A stretch of 64,000 nt of DNA from Blastocatellia bacterium (GTDB taxonomy: Bacteria; Acidobacteriota; Blastocatellia; RBC074), in contig JBJXFR010000191.1 of NCBI GenBank assembly GCA_046155785.1, positions 7,925 through 71,924 of the forward strand, written 5' to 3'. Positions 9,488-19,875 of the stretch are shown piece by piece. A program made the translations under genes and the position numbers. The notes under the pieces are model-generated. The model did not search any database. It had not been told where the DNA came from and saw only the letters and a program-made list of their open reading frames with translations. Position 1 is the first letter of the stretch. Every line of letters starts with the position of its first letter.

Positions 9488-11103
9488 TGGAAAACATTTT
9501 CTTCCACAAAGCCACACCAAGAAGACACGAAGAAAAACACAAACAGCCTGGGCTTTGGTTTCTGACGGCGTTGCTGTTTCTGCACGCGGCAACTTTTCTG
9601 GCGCAGTTGCCGACGATTTACGAATTCGCCAACTTCGTCTTCTTCGACCCCGGAGTCACGCTTCGCACAGACAAATTACTGGAACAGGGTTACGTGCCGA
9701 CCGTTGATTTTGGTTATCCGTACAGCCTGTTGCCGCTGATTCTTGGCCGAGCCTTTTTCGCATTGACTAGCCGAACTCCCGCCGCTTACATCCTGTTTAT
9801 GTTTCTGGCCGAAGCCGCCGTGCTAATTGGGCTGTGGCGACTGGCCAAGAACTTCGGTTGGTTGATTGCTGTATTTGTGCTGGCGGCAATTCCGCACGCA
9901 ATCATTCCGGTCTACGTTCACCTGACTCATCCGCTGGAAGCCGCGCTGATCGTTCACACCATCGCCGACCTTGCCGTTGGCCGCAGAGCCAGAGCTTTGG
10001 CAATTGCGACTGTTTGCCTGTTTGTGAAACCGGCGATGGCCTACGTCTTGGGCTTTCTGATTCTGGCGCTGGCAATCTTGCAACTGCTTCGTCAGCATGA
10101 AAACCTGAAATCGTTCTTCTACTTTCTTCGACCAGCCATCATCACCGGAGCCGCTTGCCTGACAATTTCATCGGCGTACTTCGGTCTGATTCCAACGATC
10201 AGCGCGCTGATTCCTACCAACGGCGCTCAAAGTTACAAAGCGCTTGGCTTCGGCTTTTTCGCCAACGGCAAAACCTTCTGGCTGCCAAAGCTGGGCAGCG
10301 CCACTCAATTCGCCCAATACTATGCAACGACTCCCGCCGGTTTCTGGATCATCTGCACTCTGCTGATTGCCGCCTTCGGCTTATTGTCGTTATGGAATTC
10401 AATCCAACCTCTCTGCGCTCCCTCTGCGTTCTTTGCGCCTCTGCGGTTGAAAAAGCTTTGTGGAGTTTTATTTTCGAGTCACTCCTTCGTGTCTTCTTCG
10501 TGTGACTTCGTGGAAGAAAAATCCGAGACTTTGATCGTTATTGCCGTCTGCCATTTCACCTTTCTCTTCACGTTCTTCGGCTGGCCGGGTTCGTGGACGT
10601 ATTACTCTTCATTGCTGGTGGCTGGCACGGCTTTAGGTTTGGCGACGTTTCGAGTTCGCCCCGCGCTAATCTTGGCAATGATTCTGATTGCGCTGGCTGG
10701 TAACTTCGAACGTTACCAAATCACAGCCAACGCCTGGAAATGGATGAAGCGCAGCCCTGAATCCGCAGGGCTGTGGGCTTTCCAAAACCAACGCGACGAA
10801 TGGAATCACGCTCGCGCGCTAGCAGGCGACCGACGGATTTTCTACTTCAACAACGGTTGCGCTGAGCTGTTGTACCCAAACATAGATTCGCCCGTCAGCT
10901 TCTTCCTTTCGCCTGACCAGCAAGCGCCAATCGAATTCGACCGCATACGCCAACAACTGGACCAAGCCACCATCGTCGTCACATTCAATCAAGCCACAGT
11001 CCTTGATCCCTGGAACTGGCCAGAGTTCGCCGCCCAACGCGAAAAGTTTGAAGAAACCTGGCAAGGGGTGTATGTAACAGTTCACGAACGCAAACGGCAG
11101 TAA
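9487..11103 (+). CDS. polytopic integral membrane protein (function unknown, glycosyltransferase-C-like topology)
   Basis: 538 aa with many hydrophobic helices. Its ATG overlaps the DUF1501 stop (TGATG). The first ~20 codons and an internal 36-codon loop are encoded by dispersed repeat modules, so the true start could be the downstream TTG near 9571. Confidence 0.6.
   Translation: MENIFFHKATPRRHEEKHKQPGLWFLTALLFLHAATFLAQLPTIYEFANFVFFDPGVTLRTDKLLEQGYVPTVDFGYPYSLLPLILGRAFFALTSRTPAAYILFMFLAEAAVLIGLWRLAKNFGWLIAVFVLAAIPHAIIPVYVHLTHPLEAALIVHTIADLAVGRRARALAIATVCLFVKPAMAYVLGFLILALAILQLLRQHENLKSFFYFLRPAIITGAACLTISSAYFGLIPTISALIPTNGAQSYKALGFGFFANGKTFWLPKLGSATQFAQYYATTPAGFWIICTLLIAAFGLLSLWNSIQPLCAPSAFFAPLRLKKLCGVLFSSHSFVSSSCDFVEEKSETLIVIAVCHFTFLFTFFGWPGSWTYYSSLLVAGTALGLATFRVRPALILAMILIALAGNFERYQITANAWKWMKRSPESAGLWAFQNQRDEWNHARALAGDRRIFYFNNGCAELLYPNIDSPVSFFLSPDQQAPIEFDRIRQQLDQATIVVTFNQATVLDPWNWPEFAAQREKFEETWQGVYVTVHERKRQ
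9502..9543. repeat. CACGAAG-type repeat module (module A) copy
   Basis: TTCCACAAAGCCACACCAAGAAGACACGAAGAAAAACAC closely matches 30099-30135 (TCCACGAAGCCACACGAAGAAAACACGAAG). Confidence 0.7.
10409..10516. repeat. composite repeat (module C then module A) lying in frame inside a CDS
   Basis: CTCTCTGCGCTCCCTCTGCGTTCTTTGCGCCTCTGCGGTT matches 18727-18757. CCTTCGTGTCTTCTTCGTGTGACTTCGTGGAAG matches 27625-27644 and 30250-30268. The span is about 108 nt, or 36 codons. Confidence 0.75.
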
Positions 11104-11145
11104 AGCCAAACACGGCTCATCCACATCAATCGCAGGAATAACGAG

Positions 11146-13428
11146 ATGAAAACGACTCGCTTCAAACTCACCTTAGTCCTTGTGCTGGCATCAGCAACAG
11201 TTATTTTCAATTGGCTTGAAAGCGGTTCGTCAGCCGCGGTGACCAGCCCTAATGGAAGTATCGTCAGCTTAGACACCACACGACCTGTCAGCGAAATCAC
11301 GGCTCCAACCGGCGGCTGGAGTTTTCGCAATCATGTCATTCCGGTGCTGACCCGTATGGGTTGCAACTCTGGCGCTTGCCACGGAGCGGCGGCGGGCAAG
11401 GGCGGCCTGAAACTGACTCTGCGAGGTTACGATCCCGAAAGCGATTTCAATGTGCTGACTCGACAATCGTTGGGCAGGCGCGTCAACAAGCTGGAACCGG
11501 CGAAAAGCTTGATGTTACTGAAACCTACGATGGCGATGGGACACGGCGGCGGCAAACGAATTGACGTGGGTTCGCTGGAATACAAAGTCCTGTCGGAATG
11601 GATTGCCAGCGGTTTGGCGGCTCCGGCGGAAAGCGATGCGCGCATCACCAAAATCGAAATCACGCCGCAAGCTTCTACATTGTCCGCAAATGCCGAACAG
11701 CAACTGCGCGTTCTAGCTCACTATACGGACGGCCACTCCGAAGACGTGACCAAATGGGTGAAGTATTCTTCCGCCGACCCTGGGACGGCTTCGGTGGACG
11801 ACGACGGCAAAGTCAAAATGTTGGGCAGCGGCGAAACAGTTATCAGCGTTTGGTACTTGAGTCAGGTTTCCTTCGCCCGCGTAGCCAATCCTTATCCGAA
11901 CAAAATCTCGCCGGAAGTGTTCGCCGCTTCGCCTCGACAAAATTTCATTGACGAACTGGTCATCAAAAAACTTCAGACTTTGAACATTGCGCCTTCGCAG
12001 CAAGCCACCGACCGCGAATTCATTCGCCGAGCTTTTCTGGACGCGACCGGCGCTTTGCCGACTTCGCAGGAAGTCGAAAACTTTCTGGCTGACAACGCGA
12101 CGAACAAACGCGCAAAGCTGATTGACGGATTGCTGGCGCGCGAAGAGTTCGTTGATTACTGGACGAATCGCTGGTCGGACGTGCTGCTGGTTTCCAGCGA
12201 CAAGATCGGTTCGACGGCGATGTGGAGCTTTTATAACTGGCTGCGGGACGGCGTGGCGGCGAACAAGCCCTGGGACAAAACCGTTCGCCAAATCATCACG
12301 GCCAGCGGCAACACTCTGGAAAACGGCGCCGCCAATTATTACGTGATGCACAAGGATGTCACCGATCTGACTGAAAACGCTTCGATGGCGTTTCTGGGAA
12401 TGTCCATCACTTGCGCGCGCTGCCACAATCATCCGCTGGAAAAATGGACTCAGAAACAATACTTCCAAATGGCCAACCTGTTCGCTCGCGTAGGCTTGAA
12501 AAATGGCGCGCGCGCCGGAGACGTTCAGGTTTACTCGAACCCTGTTGGCGAAGTGAATCATCCGCGTTTGGGCAAACCGTTGCCGCCTGCTCCGCTGGAT
12601 GGTGAAGCTCTGGCTTTCGATTCACCGAAAGATCGCCGCGAACATTTGGCCAACTGGCTGACTTCGCCATCGAACACTTACTTTGCCAAAGCCGCCGTCA
12701 ATCGCGTCTGGAAAAACTTCATGGGGCGCGGCCTGGTTGAAGCCGTTGACGATATGCGCGCGACCAATCCGCCGTCGAACGAAGAACTGCTGGCGGCATT
12801 GACCAAAGACTTCACCGATCACGGTTTCGATCTGAAGCATTTGATTCGCACGATCATGAATTCGGCGGCGTATCAACGGTCATCGAAACCAAACGAAGCC
12901 AACAAGCAGGACGAGCGGTTTTATTCGCGTTACATCATCCGGCGGCTGCCCGCCGAAGCGATGCTGGACGCGGTTTCTCAGGTGACAGGCGTGGCTACGG
13001 ACTTTCCCGGCTACCCGGCTGGCATGCGAGCGATGCAACTTCCCGATGCGCGAGTCAATTCATACTTTCTGACCATCTTCGGCAAACCGCCTCGCTTCGC
13101 CACTTGCGAATGCGAACGAACTGCCGAACCTTCGGTCACTCAGGCGTTGCACGTCATCAACGGTGACACCATCAACCAAAAGCTGCGCGCTCCGGGCGGG
13201 CTGGTTGATTCATTCCTCAAGCTAGGAGCAACTGACGAAACGATCATCAATCACCTTTATCTTTCCGCGCTCAGCCGACGGCCTGAAAAAGATGAAATAA
13301 ACCGGCTGCTTTCTGTGATGAAGGAAGGTGTGGGAACGGCGAAAACTGCTGGAGACGTTCGGCGACAGGCGATTGAAGATTTGGCGTGGGCTGTGCTGAC
13401 CAGCAAAGAGTTTATGTTCAACCATTGA
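11146..13428 (+). CDS. DUF1549/DUF1553 domain protein with Big_2 domain
   Basis: 760 aa with a signal peptide. It carries GCNSGACHG...GGLKLTLRGYDP, an Ig-like segment, ITCARCHNHPLEKW (DUF1549) and a C-terminal DUF1553-like region. Confidence 0.85.
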   Translation: MKTTRFKLTLVLVLASATVIFNWLESGSSAAVTSPNGSIVSLDTTRPVSEITAPTGGWSFRNHVIPVLTRMGCNSGACHGAAAGKGGLKLTLRGYDPESDFNVLTRQSLGRRVNKLEPAKSLMLLKPTMAMGHGGGKRIDVGSLEYKVLSEWIASGLAAPAESDARITKIEITPQASTLSANAEQQLRVLAHYTDGHSEDVTKWVKYSSADPGTASVDDDGKVKMLGSGETVISVWYLSQVSFARVANPYPNKISPEVFAASPRQNFIDELVIKKLQTLNIAPSQQATDREFIRRAFLDATGALPTSQEVENFLADNATNKRAKLIDGLLAREEFVDYWTNRWSDVLLVSSDKIGSTAMWSFYNWLRDGVAANKPWDKTVRQIITASGNTLENGAANYYVMHKDVTDLTENASMAFLGMSITCARCHNHPLEKWTQKQYFQMANLFARVGLKNGARAGDVQVYSNPVGEVNHPRLGKPLPPAPLDGEALAFDSPKDRREHLANWLTSPSNTYFAKAAVNRVWKNFMGRGLVEAVDDMRATNPPSNEELLAALTKDFTDHGFDLKHLIRTIMNSAAYQRSSKPNEANKQDERFYSRYIIRRLPAEAMLDAVSQVTGVATDFPGYPAGMRAMQLPDARVNSYFLTIFGKPPRFATCECERTAEPSVTQALHVINGDTINQKLRAPGGLVDSFLKLGATDETIINHLYLSALSRRPEKDEINRLLSVMKEGVGTAKTAGDVRRQAIEDLAWAVLTSKEFMFNH

Positions 13429-13463
13429 TGATTGTTGTCTCGCTGCTTCTCGACTGAAAAAGC

Positions 13464-13536
13464 GTGGGGCGGGTTCCCAACCTTGCCCGTCCCGTAACCT
13501 GCGGGGGCAGGTTGAGAATCTGCCCCACATATTTTT
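13464..13536 (+). terminator. palindromic element plus T-tract after the DUF1553 gene
   Basis: GTGGGGCGGGTTCCCAACCTTGCCC (13464-13488) pairs imperfectly with GGGCAGGTTGAGAATCTGCCCCAC (13505-13528), followed by ATATTTTTG. It is related to the 5427-5516 element. Confidence 0.6.
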
Positions 13537-13549
13537 GAAGGAGCAAGCA

Positions 13550-13756
13550 ATGAACACCGGAGAAATCATCAACCTGTTCTGTCAAACCGAAGAGCACGAA
13601 TGCGACGGCTGCAAGCCTTGCCGTCGTTGCCAGTTTGAATTGAAAGCCGCCGATAAATTCTGCCGCCGTTGTGGCTGGAGGCAATTCGATTTCGTGACCG
13701 GCAGCGCGTTGCGACTCAACAATCAGATTCAATCTCAGCAGCCAACACTGCAATGA
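13550..13756 (+). CDS. small Cys-rich zinc-ribbon protein
   Basis: 68 aa from ATG 13550, preceded by AAGGAG (13538-13543). It has three CxxC pairs (CDGC, CRRC, CRRC). Its stop overlaps the MFS start (ATGA). Confidence 0.6.
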   Translation: MNTGEIINLFCQTEEHECDGCKPCRRCQFELKAADKFCRRCGWRQFDFVTGSALRLNNQIQSQQPTLQ

Positions 13757-14934
13757 CAAAACTGCGACCAAGCCTGCTGTTGCTTTTGCTGACCTATGCA
13801 GGCTTTTTCAGTCTGGGGATGCCTGACGGATTGTTGGGCGTGGCGTGGCCTGCCATGCGTTCGACGTTTGGATTGCCACTCGGCGCGTTGGGATCATTGC
13901 TGGCGCTGTTTACGACTGGTTATTTGACGGCAAGTTTGCTCAGCAGTTGGTTGCTGACTCGATTGAGCGTCGGCAGTCTGCTGACGCTGAGTTGCCTGGC
14001 CACCAGCGCCAGCTTGTTCGGGTATGCAATCGCTCCGCGCTGGTTGGTGTTGATTGCTTGTGGTTTTTTGGGCGGCCTGGGAGCCGGAGCAATTGATGCC
14101 GGGCTGAGCATTTACGTCGCCAATTTTCATACCGCAAGAACCTCCAATTGGCTGCACGCCAGTTACGGGTTCGCAACCACCACCGGCCCGGCGTTGATGA
14201 CTGCGGCGATGGCTTCGGGGCGAAGCTGGCAATTCGGGTATGCCGCCGTCGCTGCTACGCAATTTGCGTTGGCGTTGTGCTTTGGCCTTTCGCGGAAATT
14301 CTGGCCAGCGTCGCTGACGCCGGATGACGTTCAGGTTTCAACCGCCCCACCTTCAAGCTCCCATTCCAAACTATGGCAATTGCCTGCCGCCTGGTTAAGC
14401 GTCGCCATCTTCATCGTGTACACAGGCATCGAATCCGCCGCCGGAGCCTGGCCATTCACGCTATTCACCGAATCACGCGGTATTTCCAGAATGACAGCCG
14501 GAACTTGGGCCAGTGTTTACTGGGGCTGTTTTACTGCGGGAAGAATCCTTTCCGGCCTGGCAGCCAATCGAATTTCGACTCGATGGCTGATGCGATTCAG
14601 TATCTTCAGCATCTCCATCGGCGCAATTCTGTTGTGGGTCAACCTCACTTCTCTGCTGAGTTTTGTTGGCGTAGCGCTGATTGGTTTGGGCTGTGCTCCG
14701 ATTTATCCAACGATGATCGTCACTACTCCGGATCGAATCGCTCAACGATTTGTCGCCGCCGCCATTGGGCTGCAAATTTCCGCCGCCGTGATTGGCCAAT
14801 CTGCGCTTCCGTCTTTGGTTGGCGTGCTGGCGGGAAGATTCGGGCTGGAAGTTTTGCCGCCAACTTTGTTGATTGCGGCAATCCTGCTGCTGGCATTGAG
14901 CGAAACCCTGTTCGCCAAATCATCTTCGCCTTAA
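13753..14934 (+). CDS. MFS transporter
   Basis: About 393 aa from ATG 13753 (MTKLRPSLLLLLL), with about 12 hydrophobic helices. Confidence 0.85.
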   Translation: MTKLRPSLLLLLLTYAGFFSLGMPDGLLGVAWPAMRSTFGLPLGALGSLLALFTTGYLTASLLSSWLLTRLSVGSLLTLSCLATSASLFGYAIAPRWLVLIACGFLGGLGAGAIDAGLSIYVANFHTARTSNWLHASYGFATTTGPALMTAAMASGRSWQFGYAAVAATQFALALCFGLSRKFWPASLTPDDVQVSTAPPSSSHSKLWQLPAAWLSVAIFIVYTGIESAAGAWPFTLFTESRGISRMTAGTWASVYWGCFTAGRILSGLAANRISTRWLMRFSIFSISIGAILLWVNLTSLLSFVGVALIGLGCAPIYPTMIVTTPDRIAQRFVAAAIGLQISAAVIGQSALPSLVGVLAGRFGLEVLPPTLLIAAILLLALSETLFAKSSSP

Positions 14935-15072
14935 CCTGCCTGATCGAAACCTCACTGATTTTTCATCACAAGATGCCGGAAAGTTGTTTTTGGGAATTGA
15001 CCACACGGCGATTGCCATAGGCGACCGACACCAGGTCGCGGAGGCAATTTTCCAAATTGCCGCACTAAAAAA

Positions 15073-16203
15073 TTACGGCTTCTTCGGCGAAGCGACAGGA
15101 CTTTGCGCAGGCGGTGGCGTTTTCTTCAACTCAAAACTGATGACGCCGCTGATCTGAACAGGCTGGCCGTCCAGCATCGCCGGTTCAAAAGTCCAACCCC
15201 GAGCCGCCAGAATTGCCGCGCTGTTCAAATCAGAACGCCCGTCAATAATGTGAGAGAAAATCACTTTGCCTTCGGTTGAAACCAGGACTTCGACTTTGAC
15301 CTTGCCAGAAGAGTAAACGCTTTTCGCAGTGGCCTCAGCCTTGTCGTTTGGCTTTGCGGCGCGCGAAGCCGGAAAAATAGCTTGCGTCCGTTTCACTGGC
15401 TTACCACCTTCAATCGCCTTCAACATTTCATCCGTCTGCTGTTCCTGTTCTTCTTTTGTTCGAGCAAACTCCGCAATGCGTATGGTTGGATAGTTGAAAT
15501 CCGCTGCTTCATTGGCTTTTTCCTGCGCCAACGGCGAAGACATAGTCAACGCCATTCGCAAATCATCCAGAGCTTTTTGCCGACTGTTTCTGGCTGCCAT
15601 TTCATCAGTTGCGGTCAATGCGGCTTCGGCCTGCAGCAAATTGCGAATGTTGTAAGCGTCGGCAAAACTGGTTCGCAGATTCAACGCGCGTGTGGCGTAT
15701 TCAATTCCGTTGGAGATGATTTCCGAAACTTCCCGCAGAGCGCTTTCAGGAAAATTGTTCACGGCTTTGCCGTTTTTCAAGTCAGTGTATTTGGCCACCA
15801 GATCGTGAGATTCCCGCCAGCAAGTCATTGCGGCGCGGTGATAACTGTAAGCTTGGACAGTGTCTTTCTGTCCTGATAATTCAGCGCGTTTCAAAAAGTA
15901 ATCGCGCGCCGCCGCCTGACTGTCCAATCGAAACGCCGTTTCTGCCGCCAGTCCCAAAGCTTCGTCGTTATCCGGTTCTTTCTTCAACGCGGCTTCAAAT
16001 TTGGCCAACGCCAATTTGAATTTTGCGGTGCGGTACAGAGCCTTGCCTTGAGTCACCAACTCTGCCGCTGGCAGATTGGACTGTTCCTGTTCGGCTTTTG
16101 TCGAAGCGTTTTTATTGCCTGCAAGAGTTTGCGCGACAGCCACATTCTGCGAACAAAACAGAATCAGACTCAGCGTCAGAAATATATTTCTCATAGCGTT
16201 CAT
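15073..16203 (-). CDS. secreted TPR protein with TonB C-terminal-like domain
   Basis: 376 aa with a signal peptide, TPR-like helices and a C-terminal segment (VEVLVSTEGKV...GQPVQISGVISFELK) resembling TonB_C. Confidence 0.65.
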   Translation of the reverse strand: MNAMRNIFLTLSLILFCSQNVAVAQTLAGNKNASTKAEQEQSNLPAAELVTQGKALYRTAKFKLALAKFEAALKKEPDNDEALGLAAETAFRLDSQAAARDYFLKRAELSGQKDTVQAYSYHRAAMTCWRESHDLVAKYTDLKNGKAVNNFPESALREVSEIISNGIEYATRALNLRTSFADAYNIRNLLQAEAALTATDEMAARNSRQKALDDLRMALTMSSPLAQEKANEAADFNYPTIRIAEFARTKEEQEQQTDEMLKAIEGGKPVKRTQAIFPASRAAKPNDKAEATAKSVYSSGKVKVEVLVSTEGKVIFSHIIDGRSDLNSAAILAARGWTFEPAMLDGQPVQISGVISFELKKTPPPAQSPVASPKKP

Positions 16204-16228
16204 CCTCTAACGTTCATCTTCAACATCA

Positions 16229-17635
16229 CTACGGCTTCAAACTTTGACTGACTTGTTTTTGGTACTTGCGGGCAGCGGCTTTGACAGGTTCTTCGTTGAT
16301 GGTCAGCAAACGCCGATTCCGCATCAACACACGCCCGTTGACGATGGTGTCGGACACATCCGTAGCCTTGACCGCGTACGCCAGATGCGAAAAGTAGTTG
16401 TACAACGGCGTCAAATGCGTTGCGCTTAGATCAACCAGAATCACATCGGCTCTCTTGCCGATTTCAATCGAGCCAATTTCTTTTTCCATATGCAACGCCC
16501 GCGCGCCGCCAATTGTCGCCATCGCCAAAGCGTCCTGGGCCGGAACCGCAGTCGGATCGCCGGAAATCAGTTTGTGCAACTTGGCCGCCGAATCAATCTC
16601 TTCCCACAAACTCAGGTCATGATTCGCAGCCGCGCCGTCCGTTCCAAGCCCCAGCCGCAATCCGGCTTTGAGCATCGCGGTAACCGGAGCTGTTCCAGAA
16701 GCCAGTTTCATATTCGATTGCGGACAATGAGCGATGCCGACTTCTCGGCGTTTTAGGATGGCAATCTCTTGGTCGTTGACGTGAACTACATGCGCCGCCA
16801 GCAAGCGTGGCGAAAGAAAGTTGATTCGCTCCAGATAGGCCACAGGTCGCGTGTTGTAATTTTTGGCAATGAATTCCGTCTCGCTCGGAGCTTCAGCCAG
16901 GTGAGTCAGAATCGGCGAATCCTGCTTTTCAGCCAGCACGCGAACTTCATTCAAGTGTTCAGCGCTGACAGTGTAAGGCGCGTGCGGAGCAATAGCGGCG
17001 GTAATCAGCGAGTCGCCTTTCCAGCGTTTCAAAAACCTTTCGGTGTAGGCCATTGCTTCGGCCCAGGTTTTGTTATCGGCCACTGGAAAATCTATCACCG
17101 TTTCGCCCAGAACGCCGCGAACACCAGCGCGTTTGGTTTCTTCGGCAATGGCGTCCTCGAAATAATACATATCGGCATAAGTCGTAATGCCGCCTCGAAT
17201 CATTTCAGCCAATCCGAGCTGAGTTCCGGTGACGACAAATTCGCGCGTAACATTTTTGGCTTCAGCCGGGAAAATGTATTTCGTCAGCCAGTCCTGCAGG
17301 TTCAAATCGTCGGCGATTCCGCGAAACAGCGTCATCGGAATGTGCGTATGCGCGTTGACCAACCCCGGCAGAACGACTTTGCCTCGCGCGTCAATGGTTT
17401 GCCTGGCGCGATAACCTTTGGCTTTTAACCGGGCAGCGTCGCCGACATCAACGATTCGCTCTCCGCGTATGGCCACAAAACCGTTGTCAATGATTCGCCG
17501 CTCAGCATCCATTGTCACGATGGCTCCGCCGGTAATCAGCAGATCAACCGAAACAGCCGACGAACCTGCGCGCTTTTGCCCTGACAGCGCAACAACCGCC
17601 GCAAACAAAACAAAGATGCTCAGTAGTTTTTTCAT
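16229..17635 (-). CDS. amidohydrolase, MtaD/nucleoside-or-base deaminase-like, with signal peptide
   Basis: The metal-binding motif PGLVNAHTHIP is present. I placed the start at ATG 17635 (MKKLLSIFVLFAAVVALSG) to avoid overlap with the upstream gene. Confidence 0.8.
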   Translation of the reverse strand: MKKLLSIFVLFAAVVALSGQKRAGSSAVSVDLLITGGAIVTMDAERRIIDNGFVAIRGERIVDVGDAARLKAKGYRARQTIDARGKVVLPGLVNAHTHIPMTLFRGIADDLNLQDWLTKYIFPAEAKNVTREFVVTGTQLGLAEMIRGGITTYADMYYFEDAIAEETKRAGVRGVLGETVIDFPVADNKTWAEAMAYTERFLKRWKGDSLITAAIAPHAPYTVSAEHLNEVRVLAEKQDSPILTHLAEAPSETEFIAKNYNTRPVAYLERINFLSPRLLAAHVVHVNDQEIAILKRREVGIAHCPQSNMKLASGTAPVTAMLKAGLRLGLGTDGAAANHDLSLWEEIDSAAKLHKLISGDPTAVPAQDALAMATIGGARALHMEKEIGSIEIGKRADVILVDLSATHLTPLYNYFSHLAYAVKATDVSDTIVNGRVLMRNRRLLTINEEPVKAAARKYQKQVSQSLKP

Positions 17636-17649
17636 CGCCAGCGCTCCAA

Positions 17650-18651
<1,002 letters not shown>

Positions 18652-18696
18652 TTTTTAGAGTTCAACGAACAGACTGAATTCGCTATGACAATTCAC

Positions 18697-18757
18697 CACA
18701 GAGGGAGCGCAGAGTTTGGGCTACATCTCTCTGCGTTGCCTTTGCGCCTCTGCGGTT
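18697..18757. repeat. module C repeat copy with internal hairpin
   Basis: CACAGAGGGAGCGCAGAG is the reverse complement of CTCTGCGCTCCCTCTG seen at 10411. It is followed by CTCTCTGCGTTGCCTTTGCGCCTCTGCGGTT. Confidence 0.7.
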
Positions 18758-18791
18758 AAAGAACTTCAATTGGCGTCCTTTCAAGCCAGTC

Positions 18792-19190
18792 TTAAAGAAA
18801 ACTTCGGTCAAAGGCTTCCGGCAGCAAATGAGCGACGGTGTGCGTTTCGATTTCGCCTTTCATGTTGACCATTACGACTTCGGTTTCCCCGCCGCACAAT
18901 TCCGAAATCACTTGTCGGCAAGCTCCGCACGGAGGCACTGGCGCGTGAGCGTCGGCGATAACAGCCATACGAATAAAATCGCTGCCGCCTTCTGAAACCG
19001 CTTTGCCCAGGGCGACTCGCTCCGCGCACATGGTCAATCCGTAGCTGGAATTTTCGACATTGCAACCAGTGAAAATTCTTCCGTCGCTGCATTCAATTAC
19101 AGCGCCGACTTTGAATTTGGAGTACGGCGCATAAGCGCGTTCGCGCGCCTGCCTTGCCAGTTGAATCAATTCTTCAGGCGTTTTGCTCAC
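18792..19190 (-). CDS. cdd: cytidine deaminase
   Basis: 132 aa with CAERVALGKA and PCGACRQV zinc motifs. Confidence 0.92.
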   Translation of the reverse strand: MSKTPEELIQLARQARERAYAPYSKFKVGAVIECSDGRIFTGCNVENSSYGLTMCAERVALGKAVSEGGSDFIRMAVIADAHAPVPPCGACRQVISELCGGETEVVMVNMKGEIETHTVAHLLPEAFDRSFL

Positions 19191-19813
19191 TACTTTTTCA
19201 CCAATTCCTTTTGTAACTGCGCGTGAATCTTGCCGGAAATCAAATCAATGCCGACTTCGTTATGCCCGCCTTCGGGAATTATCACGTCGGCATAACGTTT
19301 GGACGGTTCGACAAACAGCCGGTGCATCGGGCGAACGGTTTCCAGGTATTGTTTGATGACGGATTCAACCGTGCGGCCACGTTCATTCACGTCGCGTTGC
19401 AGCCTCCGAATGAAGCGCAAATCGTCGTCCGTATCCACGAAGATTTTGATGTCCATCAATTCGCGCAACGCGGCATCCACAAAAATCAGAATGCCTTCCA
19501 GGATCAAAATCGGTTTGGGTTCAACGTGAACCGTTTCGGCTTTGCGCGTGTGAATGGCGAAATCATAAACAGGCATTTCAATCGCTTCGCCCGCGCGCAA
19601 AGCTTTGACGTGATTAATGAACAGGTCGTTATCAAACGCATCCGGGTGATCGAAATTGATTTGGTGTCGCAATTCCGGCGGCATATCGCCCAGGTTGCGG
19701 TAATAACTGTCCTGCTGGAAAAAGACGACATGTTCGTCGCTGACGTTTTCCAGAATACGCCGGGCGACTGTTGTTTTGCCCGAACCGGTTCCACCACAAA
19801 TTCCGATAATCAT
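19190..19813 (-). CDS. udk: uridine kinase
   Basis: The P-loop IIGICGGTGSGKTT is at the N-terminus. I chose ATG 19813. The track ORF start at 19912 would overlap the PNP gene. Confidence 0.85.
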   Translation of the reverse strand: MIIGICGGTGSGKTTVARRILENVSDEHVVFFQQDSYYRNLGDMPPELRHQINFDHPDAFDNDLFINHVKALRAGEAIEMPVYDFAIHTRKAETVHVEPKPILILEGILIFVDAALRELMDIKIFVDTDDDLRFIRRLQRDVNERGRTVESVIKQYLETVRPMHRLFVEPSKRYADVIIPEGGHNEVGIDLISGKIHAQLQKELVKK

Positions 19814-19875
19814 AAATGGGAGCGCGAGCGTCCTGCCCGCTGTAATAAAAGCGCGAAGCTTCCGATTTTTAACCG

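Noticed and set aside
14935-15072. Hairpins (GGCAATTT/AAATTGCC and GCGACC/GGTCGC) between the convergent MFS and TonB-like genes, considered as a bidirectional terminator.
   Set aside because: The stems are short and neither has a flanking U-tract on either strand, so they are too weak to call.
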